NCBI GenBank assembly: GCA_039810245.1
Contig: JBDHWQ010000023.1
Location: forward strand, 603 to 64,602
Reading direction: 5' to 3'
DNA length: 64,000 nt
DNA from: Longilinea sp.
GTDB taxonomy: Bacteria > Chloroflexota > Anaerolineae > Anaerolineales > Anaerolineaceae
Both the position numbers and the translations under genes were made by a program. The notes beneath the pieces were generated by a model. The model saw only the letters and a list, made by a program, of their open reading frames with translations, ran no database searches and was not told the origin of the DNA. Position 1 is the stretch's first letter, and each line of letters starts with the position of its first letter. This document shows, one piece after another, positions 36,077 to 46,146 of this stretch.

Positions 36077-37256
36077 GGCGGCGCTCCAGGCGGCGCGGGT
36101 AGGGGCCGCGGTGAGCCTGTTTGAGCGCAATGCATCGGTGGGGCGCAAGGTGCTGGTCACCGGCAGCGGGCGCTGCAATATCACCAATGACGCCGCGGCG
36201 GCCGGCGCGTACGCCTGCGCCGACCCGCGCTGGATGGAAACCCTGCTCGGCCAGTTCGGCGTGACCGACCTGCTGACCACGCTTGCCGGGATCGGGGTGC
36301 TGGCGCACAAGACCGCGGACGGATGGTATTACCCGCTGTCCGAATCCGCGCGCACCGTAGTGGACGCGTTCGACAGCGCGCTGCGACTGGCCGGAGTGGA
36401 GCTGTGCGCCCTGGCGCAGGTAACGGCCATCCAGCCCGGCAAGGGGCGCTTTACGGTGCGCTTTCTGCGCGAGGATATGCAAGAGGAGCGCTTGTTTGAC
36501 CGCGTGATTGTCTGCGCCGGCGGCGCGGCCTACCCGTCGCTCGGCTCGCGCGGCGAGTTGTTCCCGGCGCTGGCGCGCCTGGGACATACTATCCTGCCCA
36601 ACCGCCCGGCACTGGCTCCTGTGCTTGCCGACCTGGGCGACCTGCAGCCGCTGGAAGGCGTGCGCCTCGACCTGGGCGCTGCCGTGTGGAAGGGCGACCA
36701 GTGCCTTGGCGCCAGCCGCGGTAATGCCATCTTTACCAAATGGGGCCTGAACGGCCCGGCGGTGATGGACATCAGCCACCACGTCAGCGCGCATCCGCCG
36801 GCCGACCTGCGGCTGTCGCTTGATCTGCTGGCATTTTTTCGAGAAGAATTTGACCAACTGCTGGCGCGCAGCCGCCAGACGGATATGCCGCTGCGCGTGT
36901 TCCTGGGCGCATTCTTCCCGCCCAAAGTGAGCGCCACCTTCGCGGGCATCGCCCGCGTGCCGGAAGACACGGCGATGAAAGACGTGAGTGACCGGGCGCT
37001 GCGCATCCTGCAGGGCCGGCTGGCGGACACGCGCCTGCGCCTGAATGGCGTGCGCGGTTTTGAGTACTGCCAGGTGTCGGCCGGGGGCGTGCCGGTGGGC
37101 GAGGTGGACCCGGTCAGCATGCAGTCGCGGCGGGTGCCGGGGTTGTACCTGGCCGGCGAAACGCTGGACGTTGTGGGCCCGTGTGGCGGCTACAACCTGC
37201 AATACGCCTTTAGCAGCGGCGCCGTTGCCGGTCGCTCGGCGGCTGGGGCAGGCTAA
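36036..37256 (+). CDS. NAD(P)/FAD-dependent oxidoreductase, HI0933/YhiN(BaiN)-like flavoprotein
   Basis: Trimmed to 'MKIAVIGAGASGMMAA' (dinucleotide fold). Has 'KVLVTGSGRCNITN' and the C-terminal 'GLYLAGETLDVVGPCGGYNLQYAFSSG'. A TATAAT box lies 6 nt upstream of the ATG with no SD, so the transcript is probably leaderless. Confidence 0.85.
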   Translation: MKIAVIGAGASGMMAALQAARVGAAVSLFERNASVGRKVLVTGSGRCNITNDAAAAGAYACADPRWMETLLGQFGVTDLLTTLAGIGVLAHKTADGWYYPLSESARTVVDAFDSALRLAGVELCALAQVTAIQPGKGRFTVRFLREDMQEERLFDRVIVCAGGAAYPSLGSRGELFPALARLGHTILPNRPALAPVLADLGDLQPLEGVRLDLGAAVWKGDQCLGASRGNAIFTKWGLNGPAVMDISHHVSAHPPADLRLSLDLLAFFREEFDQLLARSRQTDMPLRVFLGAFFPPKVSATFAGIARVPEDTAMKDVSDRALRILQGRLADTRLRLNGVRGFEYCQVSAGGVPVGEVDPVSMQSRRVPGLYLAGETLDVVGPCGGYNLQYAFSSGAVAGRSAAGAG

Positions 37257-37376
37257 TTGGCCCTGGACACGCCCGTTTACGCCGTTCGAGGATTATAATT
37301 CTGTCCCGGCCGGGCATCTATTGATAGACAGCGCCCGTGTCCGGACGGATGATTTTCCCTGCAATGGAGCACAACG

Positions 37377-38744
37377 ATGAATAACGCACCCAAACGCGAC
37401 ATTTTCACCAGCAGCCTGGGCGTCATCGCAGCCACTCTGGGCTCGGCGGTGGGGCTGGGTAACATCTGGAAATTCCCGTTCCTGACCGGCGTCAATGGCG
37501 GCTCGGCCTTCATTATTGTCTATATCGCCTGCACGCTGCTGGTGGGCCTGCCAGTGATGATCTCCGAGCTAATGCTGGGGCGCAGCGCGCGCGCCAATGC
37601 CATCACCACGCTGCAAAAGCTGGCGCCCAAAAACCAGCCCTGGTGGCTGGTGGGCGTGATGGGCGTGGCCGCGGCCTTTATCATCCTGGCCTTTTACACC
37701 GAAGTCTCGGCGTGGGTGTTTGCCTACGTTTTCCAGTCACTGGCCGGCGGCGCGGTTTCTACCGACCCGGCGGTGACCTCGGCAGCCTTCAACGACCTGG
37801 TCACCAGCCCGCTGCAATCACTGGCGTGGCAGTGGGTGGTGCTGGTGCTGGTAGGCTTTATCATCATCCTGGGCGTTTCCAGGGGTATTGAAGCCGTCAC
37901 CAAGCGCCTGATGCCGGCGTTATTTGTGCTGCTGCTGCTGATCTGCATCCGCAGCCTGACGCTGCCCGGGGCGGCGCAGGGTGTGGCCTTCCTGTTGCGG
38001 CCCAATTTTGCCCTGGTGACACCCGCCGTGGTGCTGACGGCCATGGGGCTGGCGTTCTTCAAGCTCTCGGTGGGCATGGGCACCATGATCACTTACGGCA
38101 GCTACTTCCGCGACGACCAGAATATCCCTGGCACGGCGACGCGCGTGATGCTGGGCGACCTGACCGTTTCATTGATGGCCGGCCTGGCGATTTTTCCGGC
38201 CGTCTTTGCTTTTGGCTTCGAGCCGGATGCCGGTCCGTCATTGTTGTTTATCACCATCCCGGCCGTGTTTGCCGCCATGCCGCTGGGCAGCGTGTTCATG
38301 GCGCTGTTCTTTGTGCTGGCGGCGATAGCCGCCACGGGGGCGATGATCTCGCTGCTGGAAGTACCGGTGGCATTCCTGGAAGAGCGTACTCGCCTGTCAC
38401 GCGCCGCGGCCACCGTGGTGACCGTGCTGCTGCTGGCGCTGGTGGGCTCCACCGCGGCGCTGTCCAGCAGCACGCTGGCCAACGTCAAACCGTTTGGCCT
38501 GACGTTTTTTGACCTGTACGACTTCCTCTCGTCGAATATCCTGCTGCCGGTGGGCGGGCTGCTGCTGGCGCTGTTTGTGGGCTGGGCCTGGGGGCTGCCA
38601 CGCGTTCAACAGGCGCTCACCAACCAGGGCCGGATCGGTAACGGCATGGTGGTGCGCCTGTTCTTCACCGTGGTGCGCTGGATCACCCCAATCCTGATCC
38701 TGCTGATCCTGCTCAACAGCCTGGGTGTGATCCGCCTGGGTTAA
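37377..38744 (+). CDS. sodium-dependent transporter, neurotransmitter:sodium symporter (NSS/SNF) family
   Basis: The hallmark 'GSAVGLGNIWKFPF' is near the N-terminus, with about 11-12 TM helices. Confidence 0.88.
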   Translation: MNNAPKRDIFTSSLGVIAATLGSAVGLGNIWKFPFLTGVNGGSAFIIVYIACTLLVGLPVMISELMLGRSARANAITTLQKLAPKNQPWWLVGVMGVAAAFIILAFYTEVSAWVFAYVFQSLAGGAVSTDPAVTSAAFNDLVTSPLQSLAWQWVVLVLVGFIIILGVSRGIEAVTKRLMPALFVLLLLICIRSLTLPGAAQGVAFLLRPNFALVTPAVVLTAMGLAFFKLSVGMGTMITYGSYFRDDQNIPGTATRVMLGDLTVSLMAGLAIFPAVFAFGFEPDAGPSLLFITIPAVFAAMPLGSVFMALFFVLAAIAATGAMISLLEVPVAFLEERTRLSRAAATVVTVLLLALVGSTAALSSSTLANVKPFGLTFFDLYDFLSSNILLPVGGLLLALFVGWAWGLPRVQQALTNQGRIGNGMVVRLFFTVVRWITPILILLILLNSLGVIRLG

Positions 38745-39007
38745 CGCAGATAGCCGCCCTTCTCGGCCTGCGCCAGCACGGACTGGATGGCATCTACCAG
38801 CGCGCGCGCTGATTCGACACTCAGCTCCACCGCCACGCGCGCGCTGGGACCCAGCGCTTCGTTGACAAAGTCGATATTCAACGCGTGTTCAAATGGCGCG
38901 TCGAACGGGTGATCGTACGAGACGTCCGCCTGGCCCAGCGGGAACCAGCCGTCGGCGCGCTTGCCGCTGCCTTCGATTTCAATCTGCTGCGCGATCATGG
39001 TGCACAT
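38741..39007 (-). CDS. small hypothetical protein
   Basis: 88-aa ORF with ordinary composition. It is convergent with the NSS gene and overlaps it by 4 nt. No motif recognised. Confidence 0.45.
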   Translation of the reverse strand: MCTMIAQQIEIEGSGKRADGWFPLGQADVSYDHPFDAPFEHALNIDFVNEALGPSARVAVELSVESARALVDAIQSVLAQAEKGGYLR

Positions 39008-39019
39008 GCGCTTCTCCTC

Positions 39020-39775
39020 TTACGCCAGATGTTTCCCCAAAAACGCCCAGATCTTCTTCCAGCCGTCTTCGGCCTGCTCGGGGCGGTAGGCCGGGCGGTG
39101 ATAATAGAAGAAACCGTGCCCGGCGTTGGGGTACATGTGGAATTCGTAATTCTTGCCGTGCTGCTTGAGCGCCGCTTCGTGGATGCGCACCTGTTCGGGT
39201 GTGGGGCCGCTGTCTTCCTCGCCAAACAGGCCCAGCAGCGGGATAGATAGCTGCGGGGTGTAGTCCAGCGGGGCCACCGGTTGGCTGGGGGTCAGCTCAT
39301 CCGCGCTCATCACCACGCGCCCGCCCCAGCAGTCCACGGCGGCCTGGAATGCCCGGCTGCGGCAGGCCGCCAGGTAAGCGTGCCGCCCGCCGGAGCAGGT
39401 GCCAAAGACGCCCACCTTGCCGTTGCACTGCGGCAGCGCGTGCAGCAGGTTGGCCGCGCCTTCCAGGTCGCCCACGGCCTGGTCATCCGGCACGCCGCCG
39501 GCGGCGCGCGCCTTGGCCGCCACGTCTTCGGGCGTGCCGTGCCCGCTGCGGAAATACAGGTTGGGGCACAGCGCCAGGTAACCGTGCCGTGCAAAGCGCA
39601 GCGTCGCCTCGCGATACCAATCATCCCATCCGGGCAGGTGGTGCGCCAACACGACGCCCGGGAACGGCCCCGCGCCCATCGGGCGCGCAAAATAGGCGTT
39701 GATCATATCGCCGCCATGCCCATGCAGGCTGATGGTCTCGGCGATGATGCCTTCATATTGATCGGTCTGGTACAT
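39020..39775 (-). CDS. dienelactone hydrolase family protein
   Basis: Trimmed to the ATG at 39775, which follows GGAAAGGAG. Has 'PFPGVVLAHHLPGWDDW', the nucleophile elbow 'GVFGTCSGGRHA', and 'AGHGFF'. Confidence 0.8.
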   Translation of the reverse strand: MYQTDQYEGIIAETISLHGHGGDMINAYFARPMGAGPFPGVVLAHHLPGWDDWYREATLRFARHGYLALCPNLYFRSGHGTPEDVAAKARAAGGVPDDQAVGDLEGAANLLHALPQCNGKVGVFGTCSGGRHAYLAACRSRAFQAAVDCWGGRVVMSADELTPSQPVAPLDYTPQLSIPLLGLFGEEDSGPTPEQVRIHEAALKQHGKNYEFHMYPNAGHGFFYYHRPAYRPEQAEDGWKKIWAFLGKHLA

Positions 39776-39968
39776 GCCTCGCTCCTTTCCATTATTCATG
39801 CCATTGACGGGTTAAGTATAGCGAAAAGCGCACCGCGCCGCTTCCCATGGCAGGCTGAGTCCTTGTATATCCTGTTGCAAGAGCGAGGCATCCTCCCATA
39901 ATAGAACGTATCACATCGCCGGCAGGCGAACCTACGGGTAGTTGCTCCTGGGCAGAAAGGGAAAGCGT

Positions 39969-40340
39969 ATGGAACTGGGCACTTTTTCCATCAGTCTGGC
40001 CGTCAAGGACATCCATGCATCCAAAGCATTCTATGAAAAGCTGGGCTTCACCGTTTTTGGCGGGGATATCAACCAGAACTGGCTGATGCTCAGAAACGGC
40101 GAGACCACCATCGGCTTGTTCCAGGGCATGTTTGAAAAGAACATGCTCACCTTCACCCCTGGTTGGGACAGCCACTCACAACCGCTGGCAAGCTTTACCG
40201 ATGTGCGCGAAATCCAGCGCCACTTGAAAGAGCAGGGATTGGTGTTGAGCGCTGAAGCCGACGAATCGACCACCGGGCCGGCGCATTTCATGCTGGAAGA
40301 CCCGGACGGTAACCCGATCCTGTTCGACCAGTACATCTAA
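39969..40340 (+). CDS. VOC (glyoxalase/bleomycin-resistance/dioxygenase) family protein
   Basis: Trimmed to 'MELGTFSISLAVKDIHASKAFYEKLGF', with 'FMLEDPDGNPILFDQ' at the C-terminus. Confidence 0.8.
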   Translation: MELGTFSISLAVKDIHASKAFYEKLGFTVFGGDINQNWLMLRNGETTIGLFQGMFEKNMLTFTPGWDSHSQPLASFTDVREIQRHLKEQGLVLSAEADESTTGPAHFMLEDPDGNPILFDQYI

Positions 40341-40345
40341 GCAGG

Positions 40346-40462
40346 CTGCGCGCGTTCATCGACCTGCAGGACGATATGCAGGTGGTGGGCGAGGGTTGTA
40401 ACGGCAGCGAAGTGGTACAGCTCGCCGTCGAGAAGGACAGCAAACTTCCCCCCAAAAGGTAG
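40346..40462 (+). pseudogene. short remnant of a response-regulator receiver domain (NarL/LuxR type)
   Basis: A frame with no start codon reads 'LRAFIDLQDDMQVVGEGCNGSEVVQLAVEKDSKLPPKR*'. This resembles the 'D.EVVGEA.NG.EA' stretch of receiver domains. Only ~38 codons are present. Confidence 0.35.
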
Positions 40463-40542
40463 GATATTTATGGGGGAACTGAGGAAGGTGTGGCCTGCGG
40501 GTATATAATCATTCTATCCCCCGCCAGCAGAGAGGAAAACGC

Positions 40543-41064
40543 ATGGTCACCTTTCCCGAAGCGATGGACGCGTACCGCGAGCAGATCGAGCGCGGCTTGA
40601 TCCAGCAAGCCTACCAGGGCCTGATGCAGTATATGCAGGCGCTGCGCGCGCGCTTTGAAAAAACCTTCCCCGGCGATTTCGTCTCCGGCAGCATCTATGC
40701 CGGGGTGATGGATATGACCTATTTCTCGCTGTCCCCGGAGCGCTATAAAGAGCGCGGGTTGAAGATCGCGGTGGTGTTCCTGCACCCAACCTTCCGCTTC
40801 GAGGTCTGGCTCTCAGGCTACAACCGCCCGGTGCAGGCGCGATACTGGAAGCTGCTGCGCGCCCACGACTGCGCCCCCTACCACCTGGTGGACGAAATCC
40901 AGGGCTCGGATTCGATCCTGGAGCACATTCTGGCCGCCCCGCCCGATTTCACCAACCTGCCGGCGCTCACGCGCCAGATCGAGGCCGGCACGCGCGAATT
41001 TCTGCAGGGCACAGACGCGCTGCTTGCGCGGGTGGATGGGGAATACGCCGGCCAGCAGCCTTAA
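40543..41064 (+). CDS. hypothetical protein
   Basis: 173-aa ORF with normal composition. TATATAAT lies upstream at about 40503. No motif recognised. Confidence 0.5.
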   Translation: MVTFPEAMDAYREQIERGLIQQAYQGLMQYMQALRARFEKTFPGDFVSGSIYAGVMDMTYFSLSPERYKERGLKIAVVFLHPTFRFEVWLSGYNRPVQARYWKLLRAHDCAPYHLVDEIQGSDSILEHILAAPPDFTNLPALTRQIEAGTREFLQGTDALLARVDGEYAGQQP

Positions 41065-41070
41065 GCCACC

Positions 41071-41763
41071 CTACTTTCCCAGCACGCGGTAGATATCCAT
41101 CGCCTTGCTTACCCGCGCGGCCAGGATCTCCGCGCCCAGTTTCTGCACGCCATAGCGTATTTCCGCGAAGGTAAACGTATCCTCGCCGGCGTGCAGGGTG
41201 TACATCTCCGTCCCGGCAAAGAATGCGGCGATGGAATCATCGAAGAAGTCCTGCACCGCCTGCGGCTCGCGCGCCACCACCAGGTAGCGCCGGTCGAAGG
41301 CCGGGTATTCGGGGAAGGTCAGCATGTCGCCGCCCAGGTTGGCGCCCCAGGCGATCATGCGGTTGGCCACCTTGCCCAGCCGCTGCTGCTCGTCCATGCG
41401 CGGCAGCAGCAGGAACTGCGGCAGCCGCAGGTCGGGCGAGACCACCGCCACGGCCTGCCTTTCGGCGGTGCTGTCGCTGTCGCCGCCGGTGTCCACCAGG
41501 TCGAACAGGTACATCACACCGCCGGGGATGGTCTTACGCGACACGTTGCGCAGCACGTGCGGCCCGCTGCCGCGCCGGGTGCGGTACAGCGCGGCGATCT
41601 TTTCGGCCAGCGCCTGGTCGGGTTCATGCGGGGAAAAGCCCAGCGACGCGGCCCAGGCCTGCTTGTTCCGTTTTTCCTGCCGTCCCGAGCGGATGGCCAG
41701 GATGAACAGCCCGATAAACATGGCGAAGAATGGAATCAGGAACAGTGGAAACAGGTCTCCCAT
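41071..41763 (-). CDS. membrane-anchored hypothetical protein
   Basis: N-terminal TM helix 'LFPLFLIPFFAMFIGLFILAI' followed by a soluble domain with no recognised motif. Confidence 0.5.
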   Translation of the reverse strand: MGDLFPLFLIPFFAMFIGLFILAIRSGRQEKRNKQAWAASLGFSPHEPDQALAEKIAALYRTRRGSGPHVLRNVSRKTIPGGVMYLFDLVDTGGDSDSTAERQAVAVVSPDLRLPQFLLLPRMDEQQRLGKVANRMIAWGANLGGDMLTFPEYPAFDRRYLVVAREPQAVQDFFDDSIAAFFAGTEMYTLHAGEDTFTFAEIRYGVQKLGAEILAARVSKAMDIYRVLGK

Positions 41764-41838
41764 GGCGGCCCCGGAATGGTTTCTCCCATTCGTGTTATTC
41801 GTTCTTATTCGTGATAAAGCTTTTGGGTGATAACGCTC

Positions 41839-42579
41839 TTACGGGTGCTGCCAGGTGACGCCCAGCCGCTCGAAGTCGTGGTACAGGCGTTGGGTTGTAC
41901 CTTCGAAGTACTCGTCGCTCAGGTAGTGCTGCAGGTTGTGAGCGTGGTACACGCGGTCGGCGTAGTGGTAATTCATGCGGTCGGCAATGACCGTGTCCAC
42001 CTTACCGGCCAGCGCGCCGGCCAGATCTTCCGCGCCGGGCAGCATCGGCGCGATCATGGCGAAGGTGCGCACCCCGGCCTGGTGCAGCGCTTCCAGCGCG
42101 CCCAGCCGCGCCCCGATGGGCGGCGCGGACGGCTCGAAGATGCGCCGCACGGCGTCATCCGCGGTAGGCATGCTGAAACCCACTTCCACCCCCGGCGCGT
42201 CGCGCAGCAGGTCCAGGTCGCGCAGCACCAGCGGCGAGCGCGTCTGGATCACCACCGGCCAGCCGTGGCGCAGCAGGATCTCCAGGCACTGGCGCGTCAG
42301 GCGGTAGCGGCCTTCCAGCGGCTGGTACGGGTCGCACACCCCGCTGACCCACACCTTGCCCGGCGTTTTGCGCTTGATTTCCTTCTCCAGCAGCTCCGCG
42401 GCATTGATCTTCACGTCTACGAACTGGCCCCACGGCTCGCGGTGGCCGGTGAAGCGCTTCATAAAATGCGCGTAACAGTACACGCAGCCATGTTGGCAGC
42501 CAGTGTAAACGTTGATCACATAGGGGTAGATCTGCGATTTTGACAGGATCGATTTGGCCTGCACTTCACGGAGGTTCAT
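41839..42579 (-). CDS. radical SAM protein (SplB/DNA-photolyase-like COG1533 type)
   Basis: Trimmed to 'MNLREVQAKSILS'. The CX3CX2C cluster motif is 'GCQHGCVYCYA'. Confidence 0.8.
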   Translation of the reverse strand: MNLREVQAKSILSKSQIYPYVINVYTGCQHGCVYCYAHFMKRFTGHREPWGQFVDVKINAAELLEKEIKRKTPGKVWVSGVCDPYQPLEGRYRLTRQCLEILLRHGWPVVIQTRSPLVLRDLDLLRDAPGVEVGFSMPTADDAVRRIFEPSAPPIGARLGALEALHQAGVRTFAMIAPMLPGAEDLAGALAGKVDTVIADRMNYHYADRVYHAHNLQHYLSDEYFEGTTQRLYHDFERLGVTWQHP

Positions 42580-42804
42580 GCTTTGATTATACGCGCTCCA
42601 TCCCGCTGATGGTTGAAGAATTCTGCGCATTATCCGCCTGGTTTTCGCAATTGTAGACGCTACGTAACCGTGGACTGCCTACGCCTGGCTCGCATCTGCA
42701 TTTGCAGGCCGATTTATCATGCCCGCCAGTACATCGCATTGCTTTTCGCCCCCGCGCGTTTATAATTACGGGCATATGGCCGCGTACACGCCGGGGATCA
42801 AACC

Positions 42805-43965
42805 ATGAAGGATGCCGAAATGCTGGAAATCTATAACCACGAGGTGCGCCGCGCGTGCGAGTGGACGCGCATGCGCCGCGATGTGCTGCCCGAGGTGGTT
42901 CGCCACGTACTCACCGGGGTGGGCTATGGCGGCGGTTATATCTCCTGGTGCGACCTGACCGAAGATACGGCTGACGCGGTGATCGAGCGCGAGGTGGCCT
43001 ACTTCCGCGACCTGGGCGTGGATTTTGAATGGAAATACTACGACTACGATCGCCCTGCCGATTTGCCGCAGCGCCTGCTGGCGCGCGGCTTTACCCGCGG
43101 CGAGCCGGAAGCCCTGATGGTGGCGCACCTGGACGACCTGCCGGCCGAGTATTGGACCATGGACATCTCCGCCGTGACGCGCGTCACTGCCCCGGGCGTG
43201 GTGGACGAGATCGTGCGCATGGAAAACGAGGTGTGGGATCGCGAGATCAGCGGCTTTGCCGCCGGGTTGAAATACGACCTGGAGCACAACCCGCAAGACG
43301 TGAGCGTCTTCGTCATCTGGCAGGATGGGCGCGTGGTCAGCGCAGCCTGGACATTTTACCTGGCGAATACCACGTTCGCCGGCATGTTCGGCGGCTCCAC
43401 CCTGCGCGAATACCGCCGGCGCGGCTACTACACCGCGCTGCTGGCCGCGCGCGCCCGCGAGGCGCGGCTGCGCGGATATTCTTTCTTGCAGGTCGACGCC
43501 AGCCCCAACAGCCAGCCCATCCTTGCCAAACACGGTTTCCGCTGCCTGGGCTATTCTACCCCCTACGAGTGGGAACCGGACGGCTCTGTGGTGAGCAAGG
43601 AGAACAGCATGTACGTGGTCAACCTGGCCGAGAAGCTGGCCCTGTTTCACGAGCATTGGAGCCCGCGCATCGTCGGCGAGCTGAACGATTCGTTCGTCAA
43701 GCTGGCCAAACTGCAGGGCGAATTCCTCTGGCATAAGCATGACGATGAAGATGAGCTGTTCCTGGTGGTCAAAGGCAGGCTGCGCATCCGTCTGCGCGAC
43801 CGCGAGCTGGTGGTGCGCGAAGGCGAGTTTGCCATCATTCCGCGCGGGGTGGAGCACTGCCCGGTGGCTGCCGAAGAAGTACACGTGCTGCTGCTGGAGC
43901 CAAAAAGCACGCGCAATACCGGCAATGTGCAGAACGAGCGCACGGTAGACCCGCCGCGCATGTGA
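42805..43965 (+). CDS. GNAT N-acetyltransferase fused to a C-terminal cupin domain
   Basis: The GNAT core is 'EYRRRGYYTALLAARAREARLRGYSFLQVDASPNSQPILAKHGF'. The cupin part is 'GEFLWHKHDDEDELFLVVKGRLRIRL...EGEFAIIPRGVEHCP'. Confidence 0.75.
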   Translation: MKDAEMLEIYNHEVRRACEWTRMRRDVLPEVVRHVLTGVGYGGGYISWCDLTEDTADAVIEREVAYFRDLGVDFEWKYYDYDRPADLPQRLLARGFTRGEPEALMVAHLDDLPAEYWTMDISAVTRVTAPGVVDEIVRMENEVWDREISGFAAGLKYDLEHNPQDVSVFVIWQDGRVVSAAWTFYLANTTFAGMFGGSTLREYRRRGYYTALLAARAREARLRGYSFLQVDASPNSQPILAKHGFRCLGYSTPYEWEPDGSVVSKENSMYVVNLAEKLALFHEHWSPRIVGELNDSFVKLAKLQGEFLWHKHDDEDELFLVVKGRLRIRLRDRELVVREGEFAIIPRGVEHCPVAAEEVHVLLLEPKSTRNTGNVQNERTVDPPRM

Positions 43966-43996
43966 GCACCCGGCGACCGGCTGTTATTGGGGGAGA

Positions 43997-45217
43997 ATGA
44001 GGGAAGGTATGGAAGAACGCCAGGAGCGGTATCGTTGGGGTATCCTGACGCTGATTGTATTAACGGTGATGATCGTGGTTGCCATCCCGTCGATGGCCAT
44101 ATCGGTACTATCGAAGGAAATCTCGCTCAGCCTGGGGTTGAACGTGGTGCAGGTGGGCCTGGTGTGGGGCATCGGCTTTCTGCCGGGTATTGCTACCAAC
44201 CTGCTGGGCGGCGTGCTGGGTGACCTGCTGGGGCCAAAACGCGTGCTGGTGGTTTCAGTTTTGCTGGGCGGGCTGGCCAGCGCGGCGCGCGGGCTGGCGG
44301 GTGATTTTCCGGTGCTGCTGGTAATGGTCGTGCTGCAAGGCCTGACCGCCCCGGTGATCATGATGAACGCGATCAAGATGGCCAGCATGTGGTTTTTGTC
44401 GCGCCAGCTTGGCATTGCCAACGGCGCGATCAGCATCGGCATGGCGCTGGGCTTTTTGCTGGGATCGTTTTTCAGCGCCAGCGTGCTTTCGCCGCTGCTG
44501 GGCGGCTGGCGCAACGTGCTGATTGTTTACGGCCTGGTAGGCGCGCTGTTGGCCATTCCCTGGGCGCTGGTGCGCACTCCGCCGGTGAACGCGCAGGCAG
44601 GCTCTGCTGCCACATCGCTGGGCCAGGCCGTACGCCATGTGGCCGGCATTCCCGATATCTGGCTGCTGGGCCTGGCGCTGTTCGGGTTTGCCGGCGCGGT
44701 GCAGAGTATGCTGGGCTATCTGCCGCTGTACTTGCGCAACCTGGGCTGGCCGCCGCTCACCGCTGATACCGCGCTTTCCATGTTTCACACCCTCAGCCTG
44801 ATCTTTGTCTTTCCCATCGCCTTCCTGTCGGACCGCATCCACTCGCGCAAAGGCCTGCTGCTGCTTTCGGTGATGTTTGCCGCGTTAGGCACCGGGCTGT
44901 TGAGCGTGGCGCGCGGCGGCTGGATATGGGCGGCCGTGGCGCTGGCCGGCTTTGTGCGCGATGGCGCCATGACCCTGTTCACCACCATGGCGGTGGAAAC
45001 CGACAATGTTGGCCCAACTTACGCCGGCACGGCGGTCGGTTTTGCGATGGCGATCAGCGCGGTGGGCCAGTTGGTGGCCCCGCCGCTGGGTAACAGCCTG
45101 GCGAATTACCACCCCGGCGCGCCATTCGCGTTCTGGAGCCTGCTCACCCTGCTGGGAATGGTCTGCCTGGCGCTCACCCGCCGCGCGCGCCGCGCCGTGC
45201 CGGCCATTTCCGACTGA
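43997..45217 (+). CDS. MFS transporter
   Basis: About 12 TM helices, with the MFS loop motif 'GGVLGDLLGPKRVL'. Confidence 0.8.
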   Translation: MREGMEERQERYRWGILTLIVLTVMIVVAIPSMAISVLSKEISLSLGLNVVQVGLVWGIGFLPGIATNLLGGVLGDLLGPKRVLVVSVLLGGLASAARGLAGDFPVLLVMVVLQGLTAPVIMMNAIKMASMWFLSRQLGIANGAISIGMALGFLLGSFFSASVLSPLLGGWRNVLIVYGLVGALLAIPWALVRTPPVNAQAGSAATSLGQAVRHVAGIPDIWLLGLALFGFAGAVQSMLGYLPLYLRNLGWPPLTADTALSMFHTLSLIFVFPIAFLSDRIHSRKGLLLLSVMFAALGTGLLSVARGGWIWAAVALAGFVRDGAMTLFTTMAVETDNVGPTYAGTAVGFAMAISAVGQLVAPPLGNSLANYHPGAPFAFWSLLTLLGMVCLALTRRARRAVPAISD

Positions 45218-45288
45218 CCACACTCCGCGCGGGGGTATAATCATCTGGAGCCGGGCGTTTTCATGCGCCTTGCTCAGGAGAGCCAGCC

Positions 45289-46146
45289 ATGATTGCACAG
45301 GAAACCTTTGGCCGCAGCGGCCACCGCAGTTCGCGCGTGCTGCTGGGAGCAGCTGCCTTTTGGGATGTAACCCAGGACGAAGCCGACGCCGCGCTGGATG
45401 CCGCCTTTACCAGCGGTGTCAATCACGTGGACACTGCCGCCAGCTATGGCAATGCCGAGCTGCGTATTGGCAGCTGGATTGTCCGACACGGGCGCGACTT
45501 TTTCCTGGCCACCAAAACCGAGCAGCGCACTGCTCCCGCCGCCTACGAGGAAATCCGCCGTTCGCTCGACCGGCTGCGCGTGGACCAGGTAGACCTGATC
45601 CAACTGCATAACCTGATCGACCCAACCGAGTGGGAAACCGCCCTCGGCCCCGGCGGAGCGCTCGAGGCCGCCATCCGAGCTCGCGACGAGGGCCTGGTGC
45701 GCTGGATTGGCGTGACCGGCCACGGCCGCGCCGCGCCCGCCCGGCATACCGCCGCGCTGCAGCGCTTTGACTTCGACTCGGTGCTGCTGCCCTGGAATTA
45801 CATGATGGCGCAGGACGCCGTCTACCGCGCCGATTTTGAACGCCTGCTCGCGCTGTGCCGCGAGCGCAATGTGGCGGTGCAGTGCATCAAGTCGCTGCTG
45901 CGCAGCCCGTGGGGCGCGCACCCACAGGACCGCAATACCTGGTATCGCCCGCTGGAAGATCAGGCTGACTTAGACCTGGCCGTGCACTGGCTGCTGGGCC
46001 AGCCCGGGCTGTTCCTCAACTCGGCCGGCGACGTGAACGTGCTGCCGCGCGTGCTGGACGCGGCCGCGCGCTTCACCACCGCGCCGGATGACACCGCCAT
46101 GCAGGCAATGGTGGATCGCCTGGAGATGCAAACGCTGTTCCCTTAA
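45289..46146 (+). CDS. aldo/keto reductase
   Basis: '[17 protein letters not shown]', '[15 protein letters not shown]', 'DLIQLHN' and 'WIGVTGH'. Confidence 0.85.
   Translation: MIAQETFGRSGHRSSRVLLGAAAFWDVTQDEADAALDAAFTSGVNHVDTAASYGNAELRIGSWIVRHGRDFFLATKTEQRTAPAAYEEIRRSLDRLRVDQVDLIQLHNLIDPTEWETALGPGGALEAAIRARDEGLVRWIGVTGHGRAAPARHTAALQRFDFDSVLLPWNYMMAQDAVYRADFERLLALCRERNVAVQCIKSLLRSPWGAHPQDRNTWYRPLEDQADLDLAVHWLLGQPGLFLNSAGDVNVLPRVLDAAARFTTAPDDTAMQAMVDRLEMQTLFP

Noticed and set aside
42766-43884. A 372-aa minus-strand ORF antisense to the GNAT-cupin gene. Similar long antisense ORFs occur at 35877-37202, 32470-33429, 33563-34189, 45274-45921, 48979-50202, 50646-51590, 55853-56743, 41191-41814, 41827-42543, 39281-39901, 58251-58943, 19318-21207 and 3423-4295.
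   Set aside because: Their translations are Arg/Ala/Gly/His/Gln-rich and low in complexity, with no motifs. Each is fully covered by an opposite-strand or other-frame ORF with clear family signatures. These are typical shadow ORFs of high-GC DNA.
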